DNA of 64,000 nt from Verrucomicrobiia bacterium (lineage in GTDB: Bacteria > Verrucomicrobiota > Verrucomicrobiia > Limisphaerales > UBA1100), in the NCBI GenBank assembly GCA_014239365.1, contig JAAZZB010000006.1, positions 75,189 to 139,188 of the forward strand. Direction: 5' to 3'. Shown piece by piece: positions 9,159-18,623 of the stretch. Positions within the stretch are counted from its first letter, which is position 1. The number at the start of each line of letters is the position of its first letter. The notes under the pieces are model-generated. The model saw only the letters and a program-made list of their open reading frames with translations. It was not told the DNA's origin and ran no database searches. The translations under genes were made by a program, and so were the position numbers.

Positions 9159-10940
9159 TCAAGCCGCCAAGTGAGCGCGGGAGATTTGTTGGGCTTGGGC
9201 GATTTGCTCGGGGGTCATGCAGCGGGCGGTGTGGCGTTTGTTTTTCTCGGCGATTTCCAGGCCGTGCGATGAGGCGCGGTTGAACCACACGTACGCGAGC
9301 ACGTAATCCTCCGGCACGCCGCGTCCGCGCAAATAGCAATCGGCCAAAATCAATTGGGCCTCGGGCACTTCCTGCGCGGCGGCGAGCTGGCACCACTTGG
9401 CCGCTTCGCCGGCATCCGCGTCCACGCCTTCGCCGTGATGATAGAGCGTCGCCAACACGTGCTGCGCCACGGCGTGCCCTTGCTTGGCGGCTTGGCGATA
9501 CCACGTGACGGCTTGATCCAAATTAGCCTCCGTGCCGCGACCGAGGTGCAGCATCACGGCGAGATTATATTGCGCCCGCGCCAAACCTTGATCCGCCGCC
9601 AACTCGTACCAGCGCAAAGCCGAAGTAAAATTCTGTTCCGTGCCGCGTCCCTGTTCGTGGAACGCGCCCAGATTGCACTGGGCGCTGGCGATGCTTTGTT
9701 CGGCCGCGAGCTTGTAATACTTGAGCGCTTTGACGTCATCGGCGGGCACGCCACGTCCGCGTGCGTGCATTGCGCCGAGGTTAAACTGCGCCGCCGCGTG
9801 GCCGGCATCGGCGGCGAGCGTGTACCAATCGGCGGCTTCCGTGAGATTTTCTGGAACGCCATCGCCGCGCTCGAGGCTGACCGCCAGCCGATACTGCGCT
9901 TCATTCACGCCGCCTTCGGCGGCTTTGCGCAGCCACTTCACAGCGGCCGCCGCATCGCGCGGCAGCGCCACGCCGTCATCCAGCGCGCGCCCGAGTAGCC
10001 ATTGCGCCTCGGTGTGATCGGCGGTGGCGGCTTGTTCCAGCCATTGCGCGGCTTCGGGCGAATGCGCTTCGAGTAAGTTACGGCCAAGATTGAATTGCGC
10101 GGGCAAGCAATTTTGTTCCGCCGCGCGGCGATACCATTCCATGGCTTCGCCGGCATCCGCATCCACGCCGATGCCTTCGGCAAGGCAACGACCCAAATTA
10201 TTTTGTGCAGCGGCGTGGCCGACTTCGGCGGCGGCGCGATACCAACGTGTGGTTTCCGTTTTGTCGGCATCCTCTTCAGCCGCCAACAAATCGGCCAAGT
10301 GCGCCTGGGCGGCGGCGTGATTTTTCTCGGCGGCTTTGGTGAGCCATTCCTTGGCGACTTCCAAATCTTTTTCCGCGCCACGCCCTTGCGCGCAGCGAAG
10401 GCCGAGGTTGAATTGCGCGGCGGTGTTGCCTTGCTCGGCGGCTTTGCGGAACCAACCGACGGCTTGGGCTTCATCGGCGTCCACGCCGGTGCCTTCGGAA
10501 AAGCATACGCCCAAATTATTTTGTGCCAACGCGAAGCCTTGCTCGGCGGCTTTCGTTAGCAACGCCGCGCCTTCGGATTCGTTGGCGGACACGCCGTTGC
10601 CGCGCACGAGCCGCCAGCCGAGGATGGCTTGGGCGCGCGCGTAGCCGAGCTCGGCGGCTTTACGATACCACTTGAGCGCGGCTTTGAGATCGGGCGCGCC
10701 GAGCGCATCGCTGGTGTACAGAAGGGCGAGATTATTCATCGCGGGCGGGAAGTCGCGCTTGGCGGCTTTGCGATACCATTTCTCGGCCTCCTTGAGATCG
10801 CCCTCGCCGCCGTCGCCGTCACCATTGGCAAGCTTCACGGCGAGCGTAAATTGCGCTTTGAGCACGCCATCTTTGGCTTGCGAGCGCAATTCTTTCAGTT
10901 CCGCTTTGGCGGATTTTTCTGCCTGTTTGTCTTCGGCCAT
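9159..10940 (-). CDS. Sel1-like repeat protein (about 15 repeats)
   Basis: Recurrent AQxNLG...G.GV..D...A..WY..AA.QG 36-aa units; start trimmed to MAEDKQ. Confidence 0.93.
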   Translation of the reverse strand: MAEDKQAEKSAKAELKELRSQAKDGVLKAQFTLAVKLANGDGDGGEGDLKEAEKWYRKAAKRDFPPAMNNLALLYTSDALGAPDLKAALKWYRKAAELGYARAQAILGWRLVRGNGVSANESEGAALLTKAAEQGFALAQNNLGVCFSEGTGVDADEAQAVGWFRKAAEQGNTAAQFNLGLRCAQGRGAEKDLEVAKEWLTKAAEKNHAAAQAHLADLLAAEEDADKTETTRWYRAAAEVGHAAAQNNLGRCLAEGIGVDADAGEAMEWYRRAAEQNCLPAQFNLGRNLLEAHSPEAAQWLEQAATADHTEAQWLLGRALDDGVALPRDAAAAVKWLRKAAEGGVNEAQYRLAVSLERGDGVPENLTEAADWYTLAADAGHAAAQFNLGAMHARGRGVPADDVKALKYYKLAAEQSIASAQCNLGAFHEQGRGTEQNFTSALRWYELAADQGLARAQYNLAVMLHLGRGTEANLDQAVTWYRQAAKQGHAVAQHVLATLYHHGEGVDADAGEAAKWCQLAAAQEVPEAQLILADCYLRGRGVPEDYVLAYVWFNRASSHGLEIAEKNKRHTARCMTPEQIAQAQQISRAHLAA

Positions 10941-11105
10941 CAGTGCAGCTGGTATTTTTCGCCGCGGCAACAAATGGATTGCACGCGGAAAACGGTCGTT
11001 TTTACCCGTTTTTCACGCGAAAAGCCAGTCATTCTCCTTGGCGAATGTATTTGGAAAAATAGAGCAACACTTGTGCCAAAGTCTGTTTTTTCCTGAAAAA
11101 CCCAC

Positions 11106-11140
11106 AAAAAACCCCGCCGCCCGCCGAAGCGAGGGGGGGG
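11106..11140 (-). terminator. Intrinsic terminator
   Basis: Minus strand CCCCCCCCTCGC-TTCG-GCGGGCGGCGGGG-TTTTTT: a cUUCGg tetraloop with a U-tract after the gene ending at 11178. Confidence 0.65.
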
Positions 11141-11177
11141 AAACAGGCAGGTTGGGTAACCCGTGATTGTCTGTTTT

Positions 11178-11879
11178 CTAATTCTTTTTGCCGCCCTTGC
11201 CGCCACGCTTTTGGCGTTTGAGGCGGGTATCGAACGTTTCCACTTCGCCATCACCATCGACCACTTTGATGATGGCCAAGCCGGTTGGGGTAGTGACAAA
11301 ATCCACGGTGGCATCCTCTTCACCTTCCTCGTCTTTGGCCTTCACCGTGGCGCGCAGACCGCGCTCGGTGGCTTTCCATTTGCCAACGTAGATGGGACCG
11401 CCTTTCAAATCTTCGCAGGGGGTGACGGTGAATGCGCCATCGGGTTTCACTTGCACAGAGAGATGCTCTTCATCGAACCATCCAACGTAGACACCCGCTG
11501 GCCCTTTTTCGGCCAATCGTTTGTTGCGCTTGAATTGGGGCATTCCGAATTCATCCACTTCGCCACCGGGTGAGATCACTTTCACCAGCGCGAGGTCACC
11601 GTTATCCACCGTGAACACGACTGTGCCTTCGTCGCCGGTGGGGTCTTTGAGCTTGGCGGTGAGGGTGTTGCCGTCGCGCTTCCACGTGCCGCGCATTGTG
11701 AACTTGGGGCGCTCGGCGCTGGGCCGGACGATGATGGAGCCATCGGCTTTGAGAATGGCGGTGGCGAGTTCGCCTTCGATTTCGCCTTTGTAAGTGCCGG
11801 CGATGGGCGGTGCTTTTTTGTCCGCACCTAACGCAATGAATGCGATGAGGCTGAACAGAGTGAAGAGTTTTGTTTTCAT
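11178..11879 (-). CDS. Secreted hypothetical protein with two tandem beta-rich repeats
   Basis: Signal peptide MKTKLFTLFSLIAFIALGA; repeats GTYKG..LKADGS..GTWK and GVYVG..VKPDGA..GKWK. Confidence 0.75.
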   Translation of the reverse strand: MKTKLFTLFSLIAFIALGADKKAPPIAGTYKGEIEGELATAILKADGSIIVRPSAERPKFTMRGTWKRDGNTLTAKLKDPTGDEGTVVFTVDNGDLALVKVISPGGEVDEFGMPQFKRNKRLAEKGPAGVYVGWFDEEHLSVQVKPDGAFTVTPCEDLKGGPIYVGKWKATERGLRATVKAKDEEGEEDATVDFVTTPTGLAIIKVVDGDGEVETFDTRLKRQKRGGKGGKKN

Positions 11880-11881
11880 TT

Positions 11882-13264
11882 TTATATCTCCCAGCCTTTG
11901 CGGTAATCTTTGGTGGCAAAGGCGGTGGCTTTTGGGTTTGAGGATTTGAGTTTCTTGGCGTTCCAATCGAAGCCTTCGCCGACGCGCATTGCGATGTTGC
12001 CCAACAGGATGGCTTCGGTGAAGTTGCCGGCGTGGTTGAAATTGGAGAGGGCGAGTTCGGGGTTGTTGGCCTTGATGGCTTCGGCCCACTCGAGTTTCAT
12101 GCCGACATCGCCTTTGTTATTGCGGGCGAGCACGGGGTCGGTTTTTTTGAATTCCGGCGCTGCTTTGCCGCCGGGCACGGGGAGGAGTTTCCACGCGGCG
12201 CCGTAGTCGTTGGGAGAATATAGAATACCTTTGGTGCCGACGATGAGCGAGCCGCTTCCGGGGGGATTGTTGCCGTGGAAGAGCTCGGCGGGCGGCAGTT
12301 TCTTTTTGCCGTTTTGTTTGCCTTCGTACCAAAAGAAATCCACTGCGCCGCGGCTCCCACGAACGCCTCGGCCACGGATGGCGGGGAATTTTAGTTTGAT
12401 CACGGCCCACGCGGGGAAGGTCTCGGGGTTGATGGGGCCAACGGTGATGGGCTCGACCCACGTCGGTTGCGTGAGACTGCAACCCATATAAGCGAGGTTG
12501 GCAGTGTGACAGGCCATGTCGCCCATTGCGCCGGTGCCGTAGTCCCACCAACCGCGCCATTTGAAAGGATGATAACCGGCGTTGTACGGGCGCATCTTGG
12601 CGGGGCCAATGAATGAATCCCAATCGACGGTGTCGGGCACGGCTTGCTCGGGTAAAGCCTTGGTGATGCCCGGCGCTTGCGGCCACACGGGGCGGTTGGT
12701 CCACACGTGACATTCCTTGATCTCGCCGATGGCGCCCGCCCACAATGCCTCGACGCCTTCGCGCATGCCGTTCATCGAGGTGCCTTGATTTCCCATTTGG
12801 GTGCACACTTTATTTTTCTTCGCCTCGAGGCGCATTTGGCGCGCTTCCCAAACGGTGTGGGTCAGCGGTTTTTGGCAGTAAACATGAATGCCCTGACGCA
12901 TCGCGCGGATGGCGGCGGGGGCGTGCGTGTGATCGGGGGTGGACACGGTGCACGCGTCGATCTCCTTGCCCATCTTGTCGAGCATTTCGCGGAAGTCGGT
13001 AAACTTTTTTGCCTTGGGAAAATTCTTGGCCGCGCCCGCGCCTCGGCGGAAGTCCACATCGCAAAGCGCAACCACCTCTCCGATTTTACCCGCGCCGCTA
13101 ATATCGCTGCCGCCCTTGCCGCCCACGCCGATGCCGGCGACGGCGAGGCGTTCATTGGCGCCGAAAACGCGGGAGGGGAGAAAGTTCACCGCGATGGCTG
13201 AGGCCGCGCCAGCCTTGAGGATGTCGCGTCGGGTGTAGGATTTGATCAAAGTTTTGTGTGACAT
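11882..13264 (-). CDS. Tat-exported Gfo/Idh/MocA oxidoreductase
   Basis: TRRDILK Tat motif, IGVGGKG, STPDHTH, YCQKPLTH, GDMACH. Confidence 0.93.
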   Translation of the reverse strand: MSHKTLIKSYTRRDILKAGAASAIAVNFLPSRVFGANERLAVAGIGVGGKGGSDISGAGKIGEVVALCDVDFRRGAGAAKNFPKAKKFTDFREMLDKMGKEIDACTVSTPDHTHAPAAIRAMRQGIHVYCQKPLTHTVWEARQMRLEAKKNKVCTQMGNQGTSMNGMREGVEALWAGAIGEIKECHVWTNRPVWPQAPGITKALPEQAVPDTVDWDSFIGPAKMRPYNAGYHPFKWRGWWDYGTGAMGDMACHTANLAYMGCSLTQPTWVEPITVGPINPETFPAWAVIKLKFPAIRGRGVRGSRGAVDFFWYEGKQNGKKKLPPAELFHGNNPPGSGSLIVGTKGILYSPNDYGAAWKLLPVPGGKAAPEFKKTDPVLARNNKGDVGMKLEWAEAIKANNPELALSNFNHAGNFTEAILLGNIAMRVGEGFDWNAKKLKSSNPKATAFATKDYRKGWEI

Positions 13265-13324
13265 GAGAACGTGTGTGTCAGCCGAGTATCGACTGTGCAC
13301 GAGGATGCGCAAGGGTTTTTTTGT

Positions 13325-13390
13325 TGAACCGCCAAGCCCCCAAGACGCCAAGTTTATCTTTTCCTGGCGTCTTTGTGACTTAGCGGTTCA
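13325..13390. repeat. REP-like palindromic element (AACCGCCAAG family), copy 1
   Basis: TGAACCGCCAAG..AAGACGCCAAG ... CTGGCGTCTT..CTTAGCGGTTCA; related copy at 14783. Confidence 0.75.
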
Positions 13391-13396
13391 CCCGAT

Positions 13397-14737
13397 TTAC
13401 CAACCCCAGCCTTTGCGGTATTCGCGGCGGACAAATTGGTTGGCGTTGGCGCTTTTGGCGGTGCCTTTTTTGGGGTCCCAGTCGAGCGGTTCGTTGGCGC
13501 GGATAGCGAGATTGCCGAGCAACACGACTTCGGTAAACGGACCGGCAATTTCGAAGCGGCTCAATGGAGCGTGGCCTTTGCCGGCGGCGGCATCGAGCCA
13601 TTCGGTGTAATTGCTCTTCACACGCGGGAGGGTGCGCGGCGTGTTTTGCTCGATGTGTTTTACCTCGTCGGCGGCGCGACCGGTGACTTTCCAGCTATTG
13701 CGGAATCGATTGAAAAAAAGTTTCCCCTTCGTGCCCACGAGCATTGAGCCGTAGCTGCCTTGGCGACCGCCTTTCGCCATATTCACGCCGCCGGTAGTTT
13801 CCTGCGAGGGCGCGTTTTGCACGCCGTCTTTTTTTCCATCGTACCAAACCAGCTTCACCGGCGGACGCTTCCCGCGCGCGGGGAATTGATAATCGATGAC
13901 GGCCCATTTGGGCGGGCTTTCTTTCGTGCCGCCGCCGTGCCGCGCCTCCACGTGCGTGGGCACGCCGAGCTCGAGACTCCACCACGCCATATCCATTAAG
14001 TGACACGCCATATCGCCCAACGCGCCCGTGCCGAAATCCCACCAACCGCGCCACGCGAAGGGCACGTAGCCTTTGCCGTATTCGCGGAAGGGCGCGGGGC
14101 CGAGCCACAAATCCCAATCCACATTCGCGGGCACCGGCTCCTTGGGCGGACGCGCCGCCATGCCTTGCGGCCAAATGGGGCGGTTCGTCCACACGTGCGC
14201 TTCGGTGACCTCGCCGATGATGCCCGCGCGCACAAGCTCCACCACACGCCGGATGGGTTCGCCCGCGTGCGCTTGGTTGCCCATTTGCGTGACCACCTTG
14301 CTGGCGGCGGCTTGCTTCACCAACTCGCGCGCTTCCCACACATTATGCGTGAGTGGTTTTTGGGTGTAACAATGCTTGCCCATTTGCATCGCCTTCATCG
14401 TGGCCACGGCGTGGGTGTGGTCGGGCGTGGAGATGGTGCAGGCGTCGATGCTCTTACCCATTTGATCGAGCATCACGCGGAAATCAGAAAACACTTTTGC
14501 CTTCGGATATTTTTTGAACGACCCCGCGCCGCGCCGCGGATCCACATCGCAGAGCGCCACGATATCCGCGCCCGCCGCAGCGGAGCCATTGATATCCGCC
14601 GTGCCTTTGCCGCCCGCGCCAATCCCGGCGACGGCGAGGCGCGCGTTGGCGCCAAAGACGCGTGAAGGAAAAAAGTTAAACGCAAACGCGGAAGCCGCGC
14701 CGGCTTGGATAGCTTGTCGACGTGTGATGCGTGGCAT
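13397..14737 (-). CDS. Tat-exported Gfo/Idh/MocA oxidoreductase (paralogue)
   Basis: TRRQAIQ Tat motif, IGAGGKG, STPDHTH, YTQKPLTH, GDMACH. Confidence 0.93.
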   Translation of the reverse strand: MPRITRRQAIQAGAASAFAFNFFPSRVFGANARLAVAGIGAGGKGTADINGSAAAGADIVALCDVDPRRGAGSFKKYPKAKVFSDFRVMLDQMGKSIDACTISTPDHTHAVATMKAMQMGKHCYTQKPLTHNVWEARELVKQAAASKVVTQMGNQAHAGEPIRRVVELVRAGIIGEVTEAHVWTNRPIWPQGMAARPPKEPVPANVDWDLWLGPAPFREYGKGYVPFAWRGWWDFGTGALGDMACHLMDMAWWSLELGVPTHVEARHGGGTKESPPKWAVIDYQFPARGKRPPVKLVWYDGKKDGVQNAPSQETTGGVNMAKGGRQGSYGSMLVGTKGKLFFNRFRNSWKVTGRAADEVKHIEQNTPRTLPRVKSNYTEWLDAAAGKGHAPLSRFEIAGPFTEVVLLGNLAIRANEPLDWDPKKGTAKSANANQFVRREYRKGWGW

Positions 14738-14782
14738 GGGAGAAGGCTGCGGAAGTTGCCCGCGATTGTAAAGATTTTTTTG

Positions 14783-14830
14783 AACCGCCAAGGCCAAAAA
14801 TGAACTTGGCGTCTTTGTGCCTTGGCGGTT
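14783..14830. repeat. REP-like palindromic element (AACCGCCAAG family), copy 2
   Basis: AACCGCCAAGGC ... GCCTTGGCGGTT inverted repeat. Confidence 0.75.
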
Positions 14831-14845
14831 AACAATCCCCGCGCT

Positions 14846-15124
14846 ATGGATTATCTACGCGACCAAGCGTTTCAATATTACGGCTGCGACTGGGCGGCGA
14901 TGGTGTTCACATTTCTTTCGTTGTACCTGCTGGGCAACCGCAACCGGTTCGGTTTTGCAATGGGAATCGGGGCAAACGTTTTTTGGTTCAGCTATGGCTT
15001 CATGACCCACAGTGTCGCCAATATGCTGTGCAGCGTGGTGGTGATGCTGCTGCAGTTTCGCGGTTGGCAAAAGTGGACGCGCGAATCTGAAAAGACTGTT
15101 GAGGCCAAACCGGAGATCGCCTGA
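14846..15124 (+). CDS. Small 3-TM membrane protein, PnuC/semi-transporter-like
   Basis: DWAAMVFTFLSLYLLG.R.R.GF...GWQKW pattern; three hydrophobic helices. Confidence 0.6.
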   Translation: MDYLRDQAFQYYGCDWAAMVFTFLSLYLLGNRNRFGFAMGIGANVFWFSYGFMTHSVANMLCSVVVMLLQFRGWQKWTRESEKTVEAKPEIA

Positions 15125-15201
15125 CGCAAGCTCGACATTTGCCGCAAACTGTAGTAGCTTCCGCGCCGATTCCGGATGAACCGGATCACCCAAAACGCAC
15201 T

Positions 15202-15798
15202 ATGAACTCCCGCTCATTCCTCGCCGCGCTGGCGGCCGCCTTTGTTGTTTTTGTCTGGCAATCCATTTCGCATATGGCCCTGCCGTGGTTTCACGATTCG
15301 CTCAACAAATTTGAAAACGAAGCCGCGATGGTGGAGGCGTTCAAGGCCAATGCCAAGGTCGATGGAATTTATCATTTGCCGCAAGCGGATATGAAAGACG
15401 AAGCCGCCACCGAAGCGGCGATGAAACAAATGGAAACCGGCGTGTCCGTGTTCGTCGCCGTGCGGCTCAACGGCCGTGGCGGCATGGCGCAATCACTGGT
15501 GCACCAGTTTATTTACAATCTCCTCGGCGCGCTGTTCGTCACGTTTTTGCTCACCAAACTCTCGCACTCGGGCACGGGCTGTCGCGTGGGCGTCACAGTG
15601 TTCTTCGCGCTGTTCGCCATCGCCACCGCCATCCTCCCCAACTGGTCGTGGTGGGCTTTCTCTAATTCCTTCACCGGCTTTTTGGTGTTCGATCATCTCG
15701 TGGGCTGGACGCTCGCCGGCTTCGTGCTCGCCAAGCTCGTGCCCAAAAATGATGAAGGCGAACCGGAAATCGAATCGGTTGAAAGTGACTCAGAATAA
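15202..15798 (+). CDS. Hypothetical membrane protein (4 TM)
   Basis: FVWQSISHMALPW, DGIYHLP and hydrophobic helices; start MNSRSF. Confidence 0.75.
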   Translation: MNSRSFLAALAAAFVVFVWQSISHMALPWFHDSLNKFENEAAMVEAFKANAKVDGIYHLPQADMKDEAATEAAMKQMETGVSVFVAVRLNGRGGMAQSLVHQFIYNLLGALFVTFLLTKLSHSGTGCRVGVTVFFALFAIATAILPNWSWWAFSNSFTGFLVFDHLVGWTLAGFVLAKLVPKNDEGEPEIESVESDSE

Positions 15799-15800
15799 AA

Positions 15801-16496
15801 TTACTTCAACGCCGCTTTCACCTCTGCTTTGCGCATAAAGATCAGAAGGATAATAGGATAAACAATGCGCAGTAATTTCCCGATCATTTGACCGATCTTT
15901 CCCGGCGTTAACTCGGTACTGCCTGAAACGTTGCCAATTGCATCAGGCATCAAAGCAAATTCCATTATTGATTCAGCGATACTGACCAATAAATATCCGA
16001 TGGCATAAATATCCGATGGCATAAACCATCGCCAACGTGCGACCCCATTTTTTAGCCATCAACAGCCCAACGCCGCTGATTAATTGGATCAATAACAGGA
16101 TGATTGCCACCCCGCTGAGAACCACACCGAATATCAACATTGGCTTCGCTTCACTGCCGATTTTCCCAGCTTCAACCGCCGCCAAAAGAGCGATCAACGC
16201 GGCTGTCCCGATGCCCTGACAAATCCCGCATAAGATGCCAAACAGGATGTTCAATATACCAAACACTTTCGGTGTTTGAGTGGGCGTGGAGGCAGGTGCG
16301 GTGGCCACCGGCGGCGGTGCGGCGCTAAGGGCGGCGGCGAATTCCGGGAAGGTGGCGACGGCGGCCCATTCGGTTGTGCCTTCTTTGTGGATCATCGTCG
16401 CGGCGTTGGCTTGGCCGGATTGAATCCATTGAATCACCGCCGCTTCATCCACGGGGCCGTACTGTTGCTGGTCGCTGCCAAGAATGGTGTAAACAT
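15801..16496 (-). pseudogene. GYF_2 (DUF4339) domain membrane protein, frameshifted
   Basis: [14 protein letters not shown]...[31 protein letters not shown]_2 motif; 16-bp tandem duplication at 15989-16020 shifts the frame; ATG at 16496 is 2 nt out of frame. Confidence 0.75.
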
Positions 16497-16602
16497 ACGG
16501 TTGGGGCCGATTGCGGGCTTGCGTGCCGCCTCGAACCGCACCACACTGCACGCACACCCCGCCCGGCATCAAGTTATTTGCCGTGCAATTTTGAAAATAA
16601 AA

Positions 16603-18150
16603 ATGAAAACCCTCACACGCATTTTTCAAATCACCGCCCTCGTGTGGTTCACCTCCGCCCTCTCCGCCGCGCCCGCCGGCAAACGGCCGAACATTTTGTT
16701 TGTCTTTACCGACGACCACGCGGCGCACGCCATTAGCGCTTATGGTTCAAAGATAAACACCACGCCTCACATGGATCGCCTTGCCAAAGAAGGTATGCTT
16801 TTTGAAAAATGTTACGTGAGCAATTCCATTTGCGGGCCAAGCCGCGCCGTGATTCTCACCGGTAAATACAATCACCTCAACGGTTACTTCCGCAACGGCC
16901 TCACGTTCGATGGCTCGCAAATGACGTTTCCTAAACTGCTGGGCAAGGCCGGTTATGCGACGGCGATGATCGGCAAATGGCATTTGAAAAGCACGCCCAC
17001 GGGGTTTGATTACTTCGACGTGCTCGTCGGCCAAGGGCCGTATTATAATCCGCCAATGAAAACGACGAACGCGGAAGGCAAAGTCGTCACCGTCAAGCAC
17101 ACCGGTTACACCACCGACATTATCACCGACAAAGCGCTGGCGTGGCTCAAGAATGATCGCGATCAATCCAAACCATTTATGCTGATGTACCAACACAAAG
17201 CCCCGCATCGCAACTGGCAGCCGGGGCCGAAACATCTCACGCTGTTTGATGATGTGGAGATTCCCGAGCCGGAAACTTTGTGGGACAATTACGAAGGCCG
17301 CACTTCAGCCGCCCACAAACAAGCAATGACCATCGCGCGCCATCTCAGCCCCAACGACCTCAAGCTCAACGCCGGCCCCGGCAACCTCACACCCGCGCAA
17401 AAGAAAAATTGGGACGCCGCTTACGGCCCCAAAAACGAAGCCTTCCGCAAAGCCAAACTCCAAGGCAAAGCGTTGGTGAAATGGAAATACCAGCGCTACA
17501 TCAAAGACTACCTCCGCTGCGTGCAAAGCGTGGACGACAACCTCGGCCGCGTGCTCGATTATCTCGACGCCAGCGGCCTCGCCAAAAACACCATCGTCAT
17601 TTACAGCAGCGACCAAGGCTGGTACCTCGGCGATCACGGCTGGTACGACAAACGCTGGATGTACGAGGAAAGCCTCGTGATGCCGCTGCTCGTCCGCTGG
17701 CCCGGCGTCGTCAAGCCCGGCAGCCGCAACACCGACATCGTTTCCAATCTGGATTTTGCCGAAACCTTTTTAGACATCGCCGGCGCAAAAATCCCCGCAG
17801 CAATGCAAGGCCACAGCATCGTACCGCTCCTCGAAGGCCGCACGCCCAAAAATTGGCGCACGCATTTTTATTATCACTACTACGAATTCCCCGGCGCCCA
17901 CAGCGTCGCCCGCCACTACGGCGTCACCAACGGCCGCCACAAACTCATTTACTTTTACCAATACGACGAGTGGGAACTCTTCGACCTCGGCAAAGACCCC
18001 AACGAACTCACCAGCGTCTACGGCAACAGCGACTACAAAAAAGTGCAGTCCGATCTCCTCGCCCAACTCAAACGCCTCCGCGCCCAATACAAAGTCCCCG
18101 AACAAGACCCCGTCCGCCCCCCGCGCAAGCCCCGCCCAAAGAAAAAGTAA
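16603..18150 (+). CDS. Sulfatase (Cys-type, S1)
   Basis: [26 protein letters not shown] motifs; signal peptide. Confidence 0.95.
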   Translation: MKTLTRIFQITALVWFTSALSAAPAGKRPNILFVFTDDHAAHAISAYGSKINTTPHMDRLAKEGMLFEKCYVSNSICGPSRAVILTGKYNHLNGYFRNGLTFDGSQMTFPKLLGKAGYATAMIGKWHLKSTPTGFDYFDVLVGQGPYYNPPMKTTNAEGKVVTVKHTGYTTDIITDKALAWLKNDRDQSKPFMLMYQHKAPHRNWQPGPKHLTLFDDVEIPEPETLWDNYEGRTSAAHKQAMTIARHLSPNDLKLNAGPGNLTPAQKKNWDAAYGPKNEAFRKAKLQGKALVKWKYQRYIKDYLRCVQSVDDNLGRVLDYLDASGLAKNTIVIYSSDQGWYLGDHGWYDKRWMYEESLVMPLLVRWPGVVKPGSRNTDIVSNLDFAETFLDIAGAKIPAAMQGHSIVPLLEGRTPKNWRTHFYYHYYEFPGAHSVARHYGVTNGRHKLIYFYQYDEWELFDLGKDPNELTSVYGNSDYKKVQSDLLAQLKRLRAQYKVPEQDPVRPPRKPRPKKK

Positions 18151-18158
18151 ACACGGGA

Positions 18159-18262
18159 GGGACGAGTTCCACCTCGTCCCAAATCTTTTAATTCAAAATT
18201 CACCACAGAGGCACAGAGGGCACAGAGATTTTTTGCCTCTGTGTTCTCTGTGTCTCAGTGGT
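18159..18262. repeat. Composite REP-like element, left direct repeat
   Basis: GGGACGAG-TTCCAC-CTCGTCCC followed by CACCACAGAGGCACAGAG...CTCTGTG..CAGTGGT; near-identical to 18508-18609. Confidence 0.85.
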
Positions 18263-18282
18263 ATAAAAACCGAGGTGAACTA

Positions 18283-18495
18283 ATGAGCCGACGATACGCC
18301 ATTGTAATTGAGCAAGGCCCTGAAAGTTACGGGGCCCACGTTCCTGATTTACCCGGCTGTGTGGCAGCCGCCACTTCCCGCAGTGAAGTGCTGCAATTGA
18401 TTCGGGAAGCCATCGATCTCCACCTCGAAACCTTGCGCGAAAGCGGCGAGCCCATCCCCGAGCCCGCTTCTCAAACTGAATACGTAGAGGTATAA
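18283..18495 (+). CDS. hicB: HicB-family antitoxin (short, orphan)
   Basis: RYAIVIEQGPESYGAHVPDLPGCVAAA...EAIDLHLETLRESGEPIPEP; GAGGTG Shine-Dalgarno; no hicA nearby. Confidence 0.88.
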   Translation: MSRRYAIVIEQGPESYGAHVPDLPGCVAAATSRSEVLQLIREAIDLHLETLRESGEPIPEPASQTEYVEV

Positions 18496-18507
18496 TTTGC
18501 GGCTCTT

Positions 18508-18609
18508 GGACGAGTTCCACCTCGTCCCAAATCGTTTAATTCAGAATTCACCACAGAGGCACAGAGGGCACAGAGAATTTTGCCTCTGTGTTCTCTGTGC
18601 CTCTGTGGT
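18508..18609. repeat. Composite REP-like element, right direct repeat
   Basis: GGACGAGTTCCACCTCGTCCCAAATC...CACCACAGAGGCACAGAGGGCACAGAG...CTCTGTGCCTCTGTGGT. Confidence 0.85.
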
Positions 18610-18623
18610 TAAAAAAGAAATCT

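Noticed and set aside
18159-18609. CRISPR array or IS ends
   Set aside because: Only two long composite units flanking a gene; no regular repeat-spacer period, no cas genes and no transposase.
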